A stretch of DNA of 64,000 bases from the NCBI GenBank assembly GCA_947459415.1, contig CANHDN010000002.1:163-64162 (forward strand), read 5' to 3'. This DNA comes from Bacteroidota bacterium (GTDB lineage: Bacteria; Bacteroidota; Bacteroidia; UKL13-3). Made by a program: the position numbers and the translations under genes. This document shows, in pieces, positions 9,447 through 19,426 of the stretch. The notes beneath the pieces were generated by a model that saw only the letters and a list, made by a program, of their open reading frames with translations, had not been told where the DNA came from and ran no database searches. The first letter of the stretch is position 1. Each line of letters opens with the position of its first letter.

Positions 9447-10001
9447 ATGGATCATTTAAAATACACAAGCAGCGAACTCAACCGATTAAATACAGAAAAC
9501 TTCAAACTATCAGACAAAAATGACATTTACATCATTTTAGATCAGTTACGAAGTGGCAATAATATTGGTTCGATTTTTAGAACTTCTGATGCATTTAAAT
9601 TAAAAAAAATCTTCATTACTGGCCAATCTGCTGTTCCTCCCAATAAAGAAATTCTAAAAACTGCGCTTGGTGCTACAGAAACAGTGGATTGGGAATACAA
9701 AGAAGATGCGATAGACTTAGTGCTTGATCTAAAAAAACAAGGCGTGAAAATTGTGGCAGTTGAACAGGCAAGTAATAGTATTTCTCTTGAAAAATTTGAC
9801 ATTACAGGCAATATGCCAATGGCATTAATTTTAGGCAATGAGGTGGAAGGTGTGCAGCAAGCACTCTTAAACATGGCAGATACCTGTTTAGAAATCCCAC
9901 AATTTGGCACCAAGCACTCGCTCAATGTGGCCGTTTCTTCTGGTATTGTAATTTGGCATTTAGTAAATCAGCTGCTCAACACTGAAATTAATGAAGGCTA
10001 A
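9447..10001 (+). CDS. TrmH/SpoU family RNA 2'-O-methyltransferase
   Basis: SpoU methylase motifs are present: NIGSIFRTSDAF, LILGNEVEGV and IPQFGTKHSLNVAVSSGIV. Confidence 0.8.
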   Translation: MDHLKYTSSELNRLNTENFKLSDKNDIYIILDQLRSGNNIGSIFRTSDAFKLKKIFITGQSAVPPNKEILKTALGATETVDWEYKEDAIDLVLDLKKQGVKIVAVEQASNSISLEKFDITGNMPMALILGNEVEGVQQALLNMADTCLEIPQFGTKHSLNVAVSSGIVIWHLVNQLLNTEINEG

Positions 10002-11592
10002 TATCTAAACTAGCAGCAAGCGGCTGAATTTGTGTTAAGAGTGTTGGCAATAAAGATTTGTTTGATAATACCTCCTGCTGCATGAGGGTTTCTATTCGCT
10101 CTTGAAATATCCCTTTTGGAAACAATCTTGCCCGTAATTTTAAGAGTTTTTCAATTTGAACCTCTTGGTGAAGTTGACCAGCTTTTTTTATTGAACTAGA
10201 TTTGCCTTTAAAAAACTCTTTTACTTGCAATTTAAATTCTAAAAATTCCTTCCCCAAAGTAACATCTAACACTTTAGCATGATCTACTAATTCTTGCATT
10301 TCATTGAGGATAGAATCAAATTTCTCTGGGAAAGAAATACCCTGAACCTGCTCTACATATTTTTGCGTTAACAGTTGCTCCGTAAGTAACATATCTTCTG
10401 CATGCAAACCCAGTTTGAGTACTTTTTCATAGATACTCTTGGGCATCAACACATTCATATAACGCAAGGCCACCAATGGATAAGCCACCCCATAATGATC
10501 AAATATAGGTTTTAACTGCAGCCAATATGCCACTTCAGCTGGCCCACCAACATAAGCTAAATTAGGCAAGATAAGCTCTTGATAAAGCGGACGCAAATTT
10601 ACATTTGGACTAAATCTTTCAGGGAATTCAGCAATTTCATTTGTCATTTCTTGATGAGACCAATTCAAACCTGCCTCTGCCAATGAATAACTACCATCCT
10701 CATTTTTGCGAATCATTTTGCGCCCAAAATTCTCACTTAGGTAAAAGAAGTTTATAGGCCTTGCATTAATTTGCAATTTATATTGCTCACTTAATAGCTG
10801 ATCAGAAAGCTGCTGCACAGAAAAAGTTTCCTGCTTCATGATATCCGCCTGGATCACATCAGAAAAATAGTTCTTTAAACGCTTCGCATTGGGATCCAAT
10901 ATAATCAAACCAAATGCTTTAAATAGTTCGTGATAAAACCTTACAGTAGCCTCACCCAAATTTCCTTCCCTACCATACGCCTCATTAATCTGCTTGAACC
11001 AATGTTTAGCTTGATCATTATTCCCTAATAAAACGCTTAATTCTTCCAGTAATTTTGAAATACTTTGCAAGGAAATTTTACCCGTAGCCATAGACATCGC
11101 ATCTGCATCCCAGCTTAAGTCTTTACCAAATAAATGGCTTGATTTTATTTCTTCAAAATCATGATCCTCTGAGGCTAACCAAAGTACCGGCACAAACTTT
11201 TGCTTTGGAAATTGTTTTTCTAAGACCATTGCTAATTTAATGGCGCTTAAAATCTTATAGGTCATAAATAAAGTACCACCAAACAAACTCAATTGATGCC
11301 CTGTGGTGATGGTAAAAGTTTGCATATCTAACAAACTGTTGATATTACTCTCTACCCTTTCCGCAGATCTCAAATCGATCTGCGCAGACTGATATTGGCT
11401 TTGTAAATGTTCTACCAAGTCAGCTCGTTTTTCTTTGCTAAACAATCTCTTTTTTATTGCATCTTGGAAGCCAGCATATTCATGCCAATGATGAACAAAA
11501 TTGCTCAGCGGCTCAGCTTTATTTAAATAATCCCTGACAATTGGGGGTACAAAAGATGAGTTTGATAATGCAATTTGATGTATAACTTCCAT
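9988..11592 (-). CDS. bshC: bacillithiol biosynthesis cysteine-adding enzyme BshC
   Basis: The length (534 aa) and the N-terminal region (...FVPPIVRDYL...L..FV) fit my recollection of the BshC/YllA family found in Bacteroidota. This has not been verified by search. Confidence 0.65.
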   Translation of the reverse strand: MEVIHQIALSNSSFVPPIVRDYLNKAEPLSNFVHHWHEYAGFQDAIKKRLFSKEKRADLVEHLQSQYQSAQIDLRSAERVESNINSLLDMQTFTITTGHQLSLFGGTLFMTYKILSAIKLAMVLEKQFPKQKFVPVLWLASEDHDFEEIKSSHLFGKDLSWDADAMSMATGKISLQSISKLLEELSVLLGNNDQAKHWFKQINEAYGREGNLGEATVRFYHELFKAFGLIILDPNAKRLKNYFSDVIQADIMKQETFSVQQLSDQLLSEQYKLQINARPINFFYLSENFGRKMIRKNEDGSYSLAEAGLNWSHQEMTNEIAEFPERFSPNVNLRPLYQELILPNLAYVGGPAEVAYWLQLKPIFDHYGVAYPLVALRYMNVLMPKSIYEKVLKLGLHAEDMLLTEQLLTQKYVEQVQGISFPEKFDSILNEMQELVDHAKVLDVTLGKEFLEFKLQVKEFFKGKSSSIKKAGQLHQEVQIEKLLKLRARLFPKGIFQERIETLMQQEVLSNKSLLPTLLTQIQPLAASLDISLH

Positions 11593-11594
11593 TA

Positions 11595-12908
11595 TTACTC
11601 TACAATTTTGCCATATAAATCAAAATCTTCAGCAGATTCAATCAACACATTTGCAAAATCTCCAATGCGAACATAATTATCTTTGGCTGATACCAACACT
11701 TCATTATCAACCTCCGGACTATCAAATTCAGTTCTACCAATAAAATAGCCCCCTTCTTTTCGATCAAACAACACTTTTAATGTTTTTCCAATTCGTGTTT
11801 TATTAATTTGGGTACTAATTTCTTGTTGTAATTCCATGACCACTGCGGCTCTTTCTTCCTTTACTTCCTGTGGAACATCATCTTCCAAAGTTCCAGCATG
11901 TGTACCTTCTTCATGCGAATAGGTAAATATCCCTAAACGATCAAACTTATTGCGTACTACAAAATCACATAAATCTTTAAAGTCTTGCTCTGTTTCGCCC
12001 GGATGCCCTGCAATTAATGTAGTACGAATGGCTATACCTGGAACTTTTTCTCTAATAGTTTGAACCAAATCTTCTGTGCGTTGCCTTGTTATTCCCCTAC
12101 GCATTATTTTGAGCATATTATCACTTACATGTTGAAGCGGAATATCAATATATTTACAGATATTATCGCGTTCGGCCATTACCTCTAGGGCATCTAATGG
12201 AAATTGGGAAGGATAAGCATAATGCAAGCGAATCCACTCAACCCCTGGTATATCGGAAATTCTTCTAAGTAATTCAGCTAATTTGCGCTCACCATATAAA
12301 TCCAAGCCATAGAAAGTGCTGTCTTGGGCAATCAATAAAATTTCCTTCGTGCCATTTTTAACAAGGCCCTTCACTTCTGCTTCAATTTGTTCGAAAGATT
12401 TAGAAACATGCTTGCCACGCATAATTGGAATGGCACAAAAAGAACAAGGCCTATCGCATCCCTCAGAAATTTTTAAATAGGCATAGTGAGAAGGGGTTGT
12501 TATTAAACGTTCGCCAATCAATTCGTGTTTGTAATCTGCCCCCAATGTTTTTAACAATTGAGGTAAATGGCTTGTTCCAAAATATTGATCTACTTCAGGA
12601 ATTTCTTTTTCTAAATCTGGCTTATAACGCTGAGACAAACAACCTGTTACGTATAGTTTCTCAATCTCTCCAGCTTCTTTTGCTTCAGCCCAACGAACAA
12701 TGGTATTGATACTTTCTTCTTTGGCATTATCAATAAAACCACAGGTATTAATAATTACGATATTCGCATCGTCTTGATCAGATTCATGTTCAACAACAAA
12801 ATTATTTGCCTTTAATTGGCTGTATAATTCTTCACTGTCTACAATATTTTTGGAACAGCCTAAAGTGATAATATTCACTTTATCTTTTCTTAGTGTTTTT
12901 GTTTTCAA
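11595..12908 (-). CDS. rimO: ribosomal protein S12 methylthiotransferase RimO
   Basis: The product has an N-terminal MTTase domain (ITLGCSKN), a radical-SAM cluster (CDRPCSFCAIP) and a C-terminal TRAM domain. It is 437 aa long. Confidence 0.85.
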   Translation of the reverse strand: MKTKTLRKDKVNIITLGCSKNIVDSEELYSQLKANNFVVEHESDQDDANIVIINTCGFIDNAKEESINTIVRWAEAKEAGEIEKLYVTGCLSQRYKPDLEKEIPEVDQYFGTSHLPQLLKTLGADYKHELIGERLITTPSHYAYLKISEGCDRPCSFCAIPIMRGKHVSKSFEQIEAEVKGLVKNGTKEILLIAQDSTFYGLDLYGERKLAELLRRISDIPGVEWIRLHYAYPSQFPLDALEVMAERDNICKYIDIPLQHVSDNMLKIMRRGITRQRTEDLVQTIREKVPGIAIRTTLIAGHPGETEQDFKDLCDFVVRNKFDRLGIFTYSHEEGTHAGTLEDDVPQEVKEERAAVVMELQQEISTQINKTRIGKTLKVLFDRKEGGYFIGRTEFDSPEVDNEVLVSAKDNYVRIGDFANVLIESAEDFDLYGKIVE

Positions 12909-12913
12909 ACCTA

Positions 12914-13867
12914 TTAACTTTTAAATAAAGAGTCTACAAATTCATGTTTATTAAACAATTGCAAATCTTCAATACCTTCGCCAACCCCTATATATTTTAC
13001 TGGAATTTTAAATTGATCGGCCACGCCAATTACTACACCACCTTTGGCTGTTCCATCCAATTTTGTGAGCGCCAAAGCATTAACCTCTGTAGCAGCGGTG
13101 AAATGTTTGGCTTGCTCAAAGGCATTTTGACCTGTACTGGCATCTAATACCAATAAAACCTCATTGGGAGCGCCTGGAATAACCTTTTGCATAACCCGTT
13201 TAATTTTGCTTAACTCGTCCATTAAGCCAATTTTATTGTGCAACCTACCCGCTGTATCTATGATGACTACATCTGCATCCATTTCCACCGCTCTTTGAAC
13301 CGTATCAAAAGCAACAGAGGCCGGATCTGTATTCATACCATGGGAAATTACAGGAACATCATTTCGCGTCCCCCAAATCTTAAGTTGCTCAACGGCTGCC
13401 GCTCTGAATGTATCAGCTGCACCAAGTACCACTTTCTTTCCGGCTTTTTTATATTGGTTGGCCATTTTCCCAATCGTTGTTGTTTTTCCTACCCCATTCA
13501 CTCCAACAACCATTACAACATAGGGTTTTACTCCTTTTAAATCTTCAAAATTGGCAGGAATATCTGATTTGTTTTCCTCCATCAACTTAGAAACCTCCTC
13601 TTTAAGCAGTAGATTAAGTTCCGATACATTGATGTATTTTTCGCTTGCAACTCGCTTTTGAAGCCGTTCTATAATTTTTAAGGTAGTTTCAATTCCCACA
13701 TCACTGCTTACCAAAATTTCTTCAAGCTCATCTAAAAAATTGTCATCCACTGTGCTTTTACCCACAATGGCCTTGCTAATTTTATCAAATAAGCTCGTTT
13801 TGGTTTTCTCTAAACCTTGGTCTAGACGCTCCTTTTTCTCTTTATTAAAAAAACTAAAAATACCCAT
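12914..13867 (-). CDS. ftsY: signal recognition particle receptor FtsY
   Basis: SRP-GTPase motifs [15 protein letters not shown] and TKLD are present. I place the start at MGIFSFF (complement of 13865-13867) because the longer track ORF runs through the upstream terminator hairpin. Confidence 0.9.
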   Translation of the reverse strand: MGIFSFFNKEKKERLDQGLEKTKTSLFDKISKAIVGKSTVDDNFLDELEEILVSSDVGIETTLKIIERLQKRVASEKYINVSELNLLLKEEVSKLMEENKSDIPANFEDLKGVKPYVVMVVGVNGVGKTTTIGKMANQYKKAGKKVVLGAADTFRAAAVEQLKIWGTRNDVPVISHGMNTDPASVAFDTVQRAVEMDADVVIIDTAGRLHNKIGLMDELSKIKRVMQKVIPGAPNEVLLVLDASTGQNAFEQAKHFTAATEVNALALTKLDGTAKGGVVIGVADQFKIPVKYIGVGEGIEDLQLFNKHEFVDSLFKS

Positions 13868-13888
13868 GTCTACCGTATTAAAATAAAA

Positions 13889-13924
13889 CAAAAAAAGCAC
13901 TCTGCAAGAACAGAATGCTTTTTT
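13889..13924 (-). terminator. rho-independent terminator after the rpmB-rpmG-DUF4295 operon
   Basis: On the minus strand the sequence reads AAAAAAGCATTCTG-TTCTTG-CAGAGTGCTTTTTT. This is an 8-bp stem with one mismatch, followed by a T-run. Confidence 0.6.
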
Positions 13925-13944
13925 GAATGTGGTAATTCAAAATA

Positions 13945-14097
13945 TTATTTCTTAAAGTGAGTTTTCACTTCTTCGTTAGGAATAATTTCTGACTTAAAAG
14001 AATAAGAACCTTTGGCTGTTTTAACAGCTCTATATGCTTTAGCAAAGTCTTTACCTGCTCCAGCGGTTTTTAATGTTGCAACTACTTTCTTAGCCAT
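13945..14097 (-). CDS. DUF4295 family small protein (50 aa)
   Basis: This ORF is below the track size cut-off. Manual translation gives MAKKVVATLKTAGAGKDFAKAYRAVKTAKGSYSFKSEIIPNEEVKTHFKK. It lies immediately downstream of rpmG, the position I recall for the conserved Bacteroidota DUF4295 gene. Confidence 0.75.
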   Translation of the reverse strand: MAKKVVATLKTAGAGKDFAKAYRAVKTAKGSYSFKSEIIPNEEVKTHFKK

Positions 14098-14104
14098 AAC
14101 TTAA

Positions 14105-14287
14105 TTATTTAATTTCTTTGTGAACGGTTACACGCTTCATGATTGGGTTGTACTTTTTCAACTCAATACGCTCAGTTGTATTTTTGCGATTTTTAGTGGT
14201 AATGTACCTAGAAGTACCTGCCAAACCTGAAGTTTTATGCTCTGTACACTCTAATATTACTTGCACTCTATTTCCTTTTCTTGCCAT
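14105..14287 (-). CDS. rpmG: 50S ribosomal protein L33
   Basis: The 60-aa product reads [18 protein letters not shown]...[22 protein letters not shown], which is classic L33. Confidence 0.95.
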   Translation of the reverse strand: MARKGNRVQVILECTEHKTSGLAGTSRYITTKNRKNTTERIELKKYNPIMKRVTVHKEIK

Positions 14288-14300
14288 TACTTATTTCTCC

Positions 14301-14531
14301 TTATATTTTTCCGTTACGGATATATTCGTTTAAAACGGCAGTGATGCCCTTCTTATTAATGGTTTTAATCGCTTTGGTAGATACTTTTAAGGTTATCCAG
14401 CGATCTTCTTCAGGAATAAAGAATTTCTTTTCCTGTAAATTTGGGTAAAAGCGACGCTTAGTCTTACGGTTTGAGTGAGACACATTATTACCCACCATTG
14501 GGCGCTTACCGGTTAAATCACATACTCTCAT
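14301..14531 (-). CDS. rpmB: 50S ribosomal protein L28
   Basis: The 76-aa product reads RVCDLTGKRPMVGNNVSHSNRKTKRRFYPNLQ, which is classic L28. Confidence 0.95.
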   Translation of the reverse strand: MRVCDLTGKRPMVGNNVSHSNRKTKRRFYPNLQEKKFFIPEEDRWITLKVSTKAIKTINKKGITAVLNEYIRNGKI

Positions 14532-14780
14532 GACAATATTTTCTTCAAAAAGGACTGCAAATATGAGGCTTTTTTATTTAAAAACAATAATTTTTTAAAA
14601 GTTTTTCAGTGTTTTTCAAATCAAGGATTTTTTTTAACACAAATTTTAACTTAAATTACTAGTTATCAATAAAATAAATACACACCCACCCTAGAAACGG
14701 GATGGCAATATCGTTAAATATTTTGGGAACTTGGCAGTTCTCTTAAAATTAATTTGTTTTGCTACAAAAATAAATCAACC

Positions 14781-15560
14781 ATGAATTTCGAATTAATACT
14801 CGTTAATCCAGCCTATGCTGCACATATTGCCCTCATTCAGCTCAATCGCCCAAAAGAATTGAATGCCCTGAACCTACAATTAATGTTAGAATTAAAACAA
14901 GCTTTATCACAATTAGATGATTTGGAGGAAGTACGTTGTATTATTATTACCGGAAACCAACAAGCATTTGCGGCTGGCGCAGATATTAAACAAATGGAGA
15001 GCAAAAATGCGATAGACTTGCTAAAAATAGATCAATTTGAAACCTGGGACCAAATCAGAAAAACTAAAAAGCCAATTATTGCAGCTGTTTCTGGCTTTGC
15101 CTTGGGTGGTGGTTGTGAGTTAGCCATGACATGCGATATGATTATTGCCTCTGAATCTGCAAAATTTGGGCAACCCGAGATAAAAATTGGAATTATGCCG
15201 GGTGCAGGCGGCACACAAAGGCTTACCAGAGCTATTGGCAAAGCAAATGCGATGGAAATGGTGCTTACCGGAAAGTTTATTAGTGCCGAGGAAGCTCAAA
15301 GAATGGGTTTGGTAAATCGGGTTGTACCAGAAGAAATTTATTTAGATGAAGCAGTAAAATTAGCCAAGGAAATTGCCCTGATGAGCCCTATTGCCATCAG
15401 ACTGGCGAAAGAAAGTGTGAATAAAGCTTTTGAATCTGGGCTGCAAGAAGGCTTGTATTTTGAACGCAAAAACTTTTACATGACCTTTGCCAGCGAAGAC
15501 CAGAAAGAAGGAATGAATGCCTTTGTTGAAAAAAGAAAACCAATTTTTACTGGTAAATAA
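14781..15560 (+). CDS. enoyl-CoA hydratase (crotonase family)
   Basis: Crotonase-fold motifs are present (FAAGADIK, GFALGGGCELAMTCD, PEIKIGIMPGAGGTQRL). I chose the ATG at 14781 (MNFELILVN) rather than the upstream TTG in the track. Confidence 0.85.
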   Translation: MNFELILVNPAYAAHIALIQLNRPKELNALNLQLMLELKQALSQLDDLEEVRCIIITGNQQAFAAGADIKQMESKNAIDLLKIDQFETWDQIRKTKKPIIAAVSGFALGGGCELAMTCDMIIASESAKFGQPEIKIGIMPGAGGTQRLTRAIGKANAMEMVLTGKFISAEEAQRMGLVNRVVPEEIYLDEAVKLAKEIALMSPIAIRLAKESVNKAFESGLQEGLYFERKNFYMTFASEDQKEGMNAFVEKRKPIFTGK

Positions 15561-15579
15561 TCTTGCATCAAAACATTTT

Positions 15580-16803
15580 ATGAACCCACAACAAATTGCT
15601 ATTAGCGATTTTACCTATCAGCTACCCGAGGATAAAATAGCGAAATATCCCCTAGAAAACAGAGACCATAGTAAGTTATTGGTATGGAAAAATAATCAAA
15701 TTTTAGACCATCGTTTTTGGGACTTAGCAGCTGTACTTCCAGATGCTTCACACCTATTTTTTAATAATACCAAAGTGGTTCATGCTAGGCACATTTTTGT
15801 AAAGGAAAGTGGTGCTCAGATAGAAATATTTTGTTTGGAACCTATAGATGGAAACTATCAAAAAGCTTTTGGTAGCAAAGGTTTGAGCGAATGGAAGTGT
15901 TTAATTGGAAATGCAAAGCGCTGGAAATCTGGTTCACTTAAAAAAGTTGCATTTGTTAAAAACATAGAACTACAGATTAGTGCAGAAATCATTGAGCAAG
16001 ATGGCCAATTTGCTCACATTAGATTTACTTGGGATCAGACCGAAATTGCGTTTGCCGATTTATTAAGCGAAACCGGAAAACTTCCCTTACCACCTTATTT
16101 AAATAGAGAGGCAGATAAGAAAGATGAGGTTCAATATCAAACCACCTATGCTAAGGAAGAAGGTTCTGTTGCTGCGCCAACTGCAGGATTGCATTTTACG
16201 GAACAAACCTTTGAAGCCTTAAAAAACAGAAAAATACAAAGCACAGAAATTACACTGCATGTTGGTGCTGGAACCTTTTTACCGGTTAAAGCAAGTACCA
16301 TGAAAGAGCACGAAATGCATCGTGAACACATGGAAATTTCAATAGAGGCTATTGAAAATCTGCTCAGCAGTATCATCCATAAACAATGCATTATACCAGT
16401 AGGCACAACTTCTATGAGATCTCTGGAAACCTTGTATTGGTATGGCGTAAAAATTATTTTAAATCTCGCAAACACAAATAATTTTAATTTATTACAATGG
16501 GAGCCTTATGAGCTAGAGCAAACTATTTCTGCTGAAGCGGCCGTTGCAGCACTATTAAATTACTTGAGAGAATATAATATTAAAACTTTATTTGGTTCAA
16601 CCCAATTACTCATTGCACCCGGGTATCAAATGCGGATAACAGAGGCATTAATTACTAATTTTCATCAACCTCAGAGCACCCTGCTCTTATTGGTTTCGGC
16701 CTTAGTTGGGGAAGATTGGCGCAGCATATATGAGCATGCTTTAAAGCACGACTATCGTTTTCTAAGTTTTGGAGATAGCAGCTTATTGTTTAAATCTATT
16801 TAA
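15580..16803 (+). CDS. queA: S-adenosylmethionine:tRNA ribosyltransferase-isomerase
   Basis: The N-terminal FTYQLPEDKIAKYP, plus LPLPPYL, AAPTAGLHFT, VGTTSMRSLE and the C-terminal FLSFGD, are QueA hallmarks. I place the start at MNPQQ (15580); the track extension overlaps the upstream gene. Confidence 0.85.
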   Translation: MNPQQIAISDFTYQLPEDKIAKYPLENRDHSKLLVWKNNQILDHRFWDLAAVLPDASHLFFNNTKVVHARHIFVKESGAQIEIFCLEPIDGNYQKAFGSKGLSEWKCLIGNAKRWKSGSLKKVAFVKNIELQISAEIIEQDGQFAHIRFTWDQTEIAFADLLSETGKLPLPPYLNREADKKDEVQYQTTYAKEEGSVAAPTAGLHFTEQTFEALKNRKIQSTEITLHVGAGTFLPVKASTMKEHEMHREHMEISIEAIENLLSSIIHKQCIIPVGTTSMRSLETLYWYGVKIILNLANTNNFNLLQWEPYELEQTISAEAAVAALLNYLREYNIKTLFGSTQLLIAPGYQMRITEALITNFHQPQSTLLLLVSALVGEDWRSIYEHALKHDYRFLSFGDSSLLFKSI

Positions 16804-18532
16804 ATAGGTTAAATTTTGAATGATGGAAAATTTCATAGTTATTAGACCTGATGGCATTGCTAATTTGCTCAATTTCGTCTAACGGAATAAGGTAGTTTCC
16901 AAGAACACGCGAGAAAATTTCAATGGATGTTTCAAATTCTTCCGGGATTACTTCGTTGGCTCCTAGGGCTAATAATGGCGCTATTTCTGAAACATATCGG
17001 GTTCTTACCAATACATGAACGTTAGTAGACAGAGACCTAATCTTCACTAAGATGGCTTTACTTGCTTGTGGATCTGAGATGGCAATAACTACCACACGTG
17101 CTTTCTCCAAAGCAACTGTTTCTAAAATATGTTCGTGAACCGCATCACCAAATAATATGGGTTCTCCGAGCGCTCGCTCTCTTTTTACCGTTTCTGCGTT
17201 TATTTCTAAAATTACATAATCTATTCCAGATTTTTTTGCAGCTAATGCCAAGTTTTTACCATTCATCCCATATCCAATAATAATGAGATGATTGTTTCGA
17301 TCTTCTTCTATCATTTTCTTTTCTTCATCAAGAAGAGCAATACTAGGATTTGTTTTAGATGGAAATCTGAGAAGAATCCAATTACAAATAGCATGACTGT
17401 GATTTATGATAAAGGGAGTAAACAACATGGTTAATATAGAAATAGACAGAAAATATTGATTGGCAATAGGGGTTAATATTCCATATTGAATTCCAACTTT
17501 TGATAATATAAAAGCAAATTCACCTACTTGAAATAGCATTAAACCTGTTAAAATGGACGTTCTGATATTATATTTTAATACCAATGCTGCCAGCAAGGCT
17601 ATCAAAGATTTTAATACAAACACCAACAAAGCAATTCCAATGATTGGCAAAAAATGCTGAATAAAAAATGATACATCCATCAGCATACCTATAGATACGT
17701 AAAAGAAACTACCAAAAAATTCCCTAAATGGTAAAATGGCACTGGTTGCTTGTTGACTATAATCAGATTCTGAAATTATTAATCCGGCTAAGAAGGCTCC
17801 CAATGCTAGTGACAAACCCATTTGTGAGCTTAGGTAACTAATCACAAAACAGAGTGCTATGGTAAACATCAAAAATAACTCCTTATTTTTGGTTCGAGCT
17901 ATCAAAAAAAGTAGTTTAGGTGCTATGAAACGTGCAGAGATATAGGTTCCTAACACCACTAAAATTGATTTTAAAAATAAAGCTAATAAGGCTAGTTCCA
18001 GATTGCCACCCTGTCCGGCCAAAATAGGCGTTAGCAGCATCATAGGAACGACAATGATGTCTTGAAAAATTAATATCCCCAAGGCATTTTTACCATGGGG
18101 AGAACTCATGGCATTGTTAGTTTGCAATAAATTTAAAACGATCGCTGTACTCGATAGAGAGAATAAGAATCCTAAAAAAACGGATGCCTCCCAGGTAAAT
18201 CCAAACCAATAACTTAATAAAAAAGTAATAAAAACTGTTAATCCAACCTGAACCAAACCGCCAATAAAAACAGTAGCACCAATGGCATATAATTGTCTTA
18301 AAGAAAACTCCATACCAATTACAAATAGCAAGAGTACAATTCCTATTTCAGACAATAACTCCACTTCGTGGATGGCATTGATCAGTTTTAATCCATATGG
18401 TCCAATTAGAATTCCTGTAGCTAATAAACCTATAATAGAAGGCAATTTTAACTTATTTAATACCAGGATTACACCTATCGAACTTGATAATAAAATAATG
18501 ATGTCTTTTAATAATGGAAACTCAATAGCCAT
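16796..18532 (-). CDS. CPA2-family cation:proton antiporter with C-terminal RCK/TrkA-N domain
   Basis: The product has about 12 hydrophobic helices of a Na+/H+-exchanger type domain. A Rossmann-like segment follows (HLIIIGYGMNGKNLA). Confidence 0.8.
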   Translation of the reverse strand: MAIEFPLLKDIIILLSSSIGVILVLNKLKLPSIIGLLATGILIGPYGLKLINAIHEVELLSEIGIVLLLFVIGMEFSLRQLYAIGATVFIGGLVQVGLTVFITFLLSYWFGFTWEASVFLGFLFSLSSTAIVLNLLQTNNAMSSPHGKNALGILIFQDIIVVPMMLLTPILAGQGGNLELALLALFLKSILVVLGTYISARFIAPKLLFLIARTKNKELFLMFTIALCFVISYLSSQMGLSLALGAFLAGLIISESDYSQQATSAILPFREFFGSFFYVSIGMLMDVSFFIQHFLPIIGIALLVFVLKSLIALLAALVLKYNIRTSILTGLMLFQVGEFAFILSKVGIQYGILTPIANQYFLSISILTMLFTPFIINHSHAICNWILLRFPSKTNPSIALLDEEKKMIEEDRNNHLIIIGYGMNGKNLALAAKKSGIDYVILEINAETVKRERALGEPILFGDAVHEHILETVALEKARVVVIAISDPQASKAILVKIRSLSTNVHVLVRTRYVSEIAPLLALGANEVIPEEFETSIEIFSRVLGNYLIPLDEIEQISNAIRSNNYEIFHHSKFNLFK

Positions 18533-18596
18533 AGTATGAGATTAAGTTTAATGTATTTTTGAGGTAGCTTTAAAACTTGTTAAAGATAAACAAAAA

Positions 18597-18628
18597 CTTG
18601 TAATTATTAATCACCTGAGCTACTTTTG
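18597..18628 (+). promoter_or_regulatory. candidate Bacteroidota sigma-A promoter for the peroxiredoxin gene
   Basis: The sequence CTTG-N20-TACTTTTG matches the TTTG / TAnnTTTG (-33/-7) consensus described for Bacteroidetes. It would give a leader of roughly 105 nt. Confidence 0.45.
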
Positions 18629-18741
18629 TGTGGTAATTTTAACTATAAATTGAAATCAAAACATAAACCTGATTATATGGTTAAATAGGTGTGAATTGAC
18701 AATCATTGAGCGTGCAAACAATTAATTAATAAAATATAAAT

Positions 18742-19386
18742 ATGACTATGTTAGTAGGGAAAAAAGCACCACATTTTAGTGCTGATGCCGTTGTAAACGG
18801 TGGAGAGTTTGAAGAAAACTTCTCATTAAGTAATTATCAAGGAAAGAAACATGTACTATTCTTCTTTTATCCATTGGATTTTACCTTTGTTTGTCCGACC
18901 GAAATCATCGCTTTCCAGGAAAGAATCAATGATTTTGAATCAAGAAATGTACAAGTTGTAGGTTGCTCTATCGATAGTAAATTTTCTCATTGGGCCTGGT
19001 TAAATACCCCAAAAGATAGAGGCGGAATTCAAGGGGTAGCTTATCCATTGGTTGCAGATGTTAACAAAACCATTGCCACTAATTATGGTGTGTTAGCAGG
19101 AAAATATACGTATAACGATGAAGAACAATTAGAATGGGTTGGTGATAATGGCGAAAGTGCAGTTGCTTACCGTGGTTTATTTTTAATAGACAAAGAAGGG
19201 GTTGTGCGTCATCAGGTGGTAAATGATATGCCGCTAGGAAGAAGTATTGATGAGGCTTTAAGAATGATTGATGCCTTACAATTCTTTGAAGAAAAAGGTG
19301 AAGTATGTCCGGCTAACTGGGAAAAAGGTAAAGACGGAATGGACGCTACAGCAGAAGGTGTTGCAAAATATCTTGGGTCGCACTAA
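18742..19386 (+). CDS. typical 2-Cys peroxiredoxin (AhpC/Prx1 subfamily)
   Basis: The peroxidatic motif is DFTFVCPTEI and the resolving Cys lies in GEVCPANW. The product is 214 aa. Confidence 0.9.
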   Translation: MTMLVGKKAPHFSADAVVNGGEFEENFSLSNYQGKKHVLFFFYPLDFTFVCPTEIIAFQERINDFESRNVQVVGCSIDSKFSHWAWLNTPKDRGGIQGVAYPLVADVNKTIATNYGVLAGKYTYNDEEQLEWVGDNGESAVAYRGLFLIDKEGVVRHQVVNDMPLGRSIDEALRMIDALQFFEEKGEVCPANWEKGKDGMDATAEGVAKYLGSH

Positions 19387-19426
19387 GATATTTAAATTAC
19401 CAAAACTCAATTATTTTCGTAATTTC

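Noticed and set aside
9542-9925. Many further antisense ORFs of 60-127 aa lie within annotated genes, among them 9542-9925, 12425-12709, 13238-13590, 15032-15241, 16146-16475, 24444-24695, 25586-25906, 26823-27089, 28509-28911, 37182-38151, 40631-40906, 45286-45832, 51779-52521, 55334-55913, 57839-58096 and 61379-61645.
   Set aside because: Each lies wholly inside a longer ORF with clear family motifs on the other strand or frame. None has a signal of its own.
13868-13900. The track gives longer N-terminal starts for ftsY (13900), queA (15517), the enoyl-CoA hydratase gene (14754), pdxH (57613), the coiled-coil protein (26168), both TPM proteins (21528, 21967), rdgB (60256) and the hypothetical gene (60750).
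   Set aside because: The extensions overlap upstream genes, a terminator or a promoter box, or they precede the conserved family N-terminus. Internal Met starts fit better. The confidence on exact starts is moderate.
14532-14780. I considered a ribosomal-protein leader or sigma-54 site (TTGGCAGTTCTC) in the 250-bp gap between rpmB and the enoyl-CoA hydratase gene.
   Set aside because: I could not draw a convincing conserved structure by eye, and the TGGCA lacks a properly spaced TTGC. It is left unannotated.
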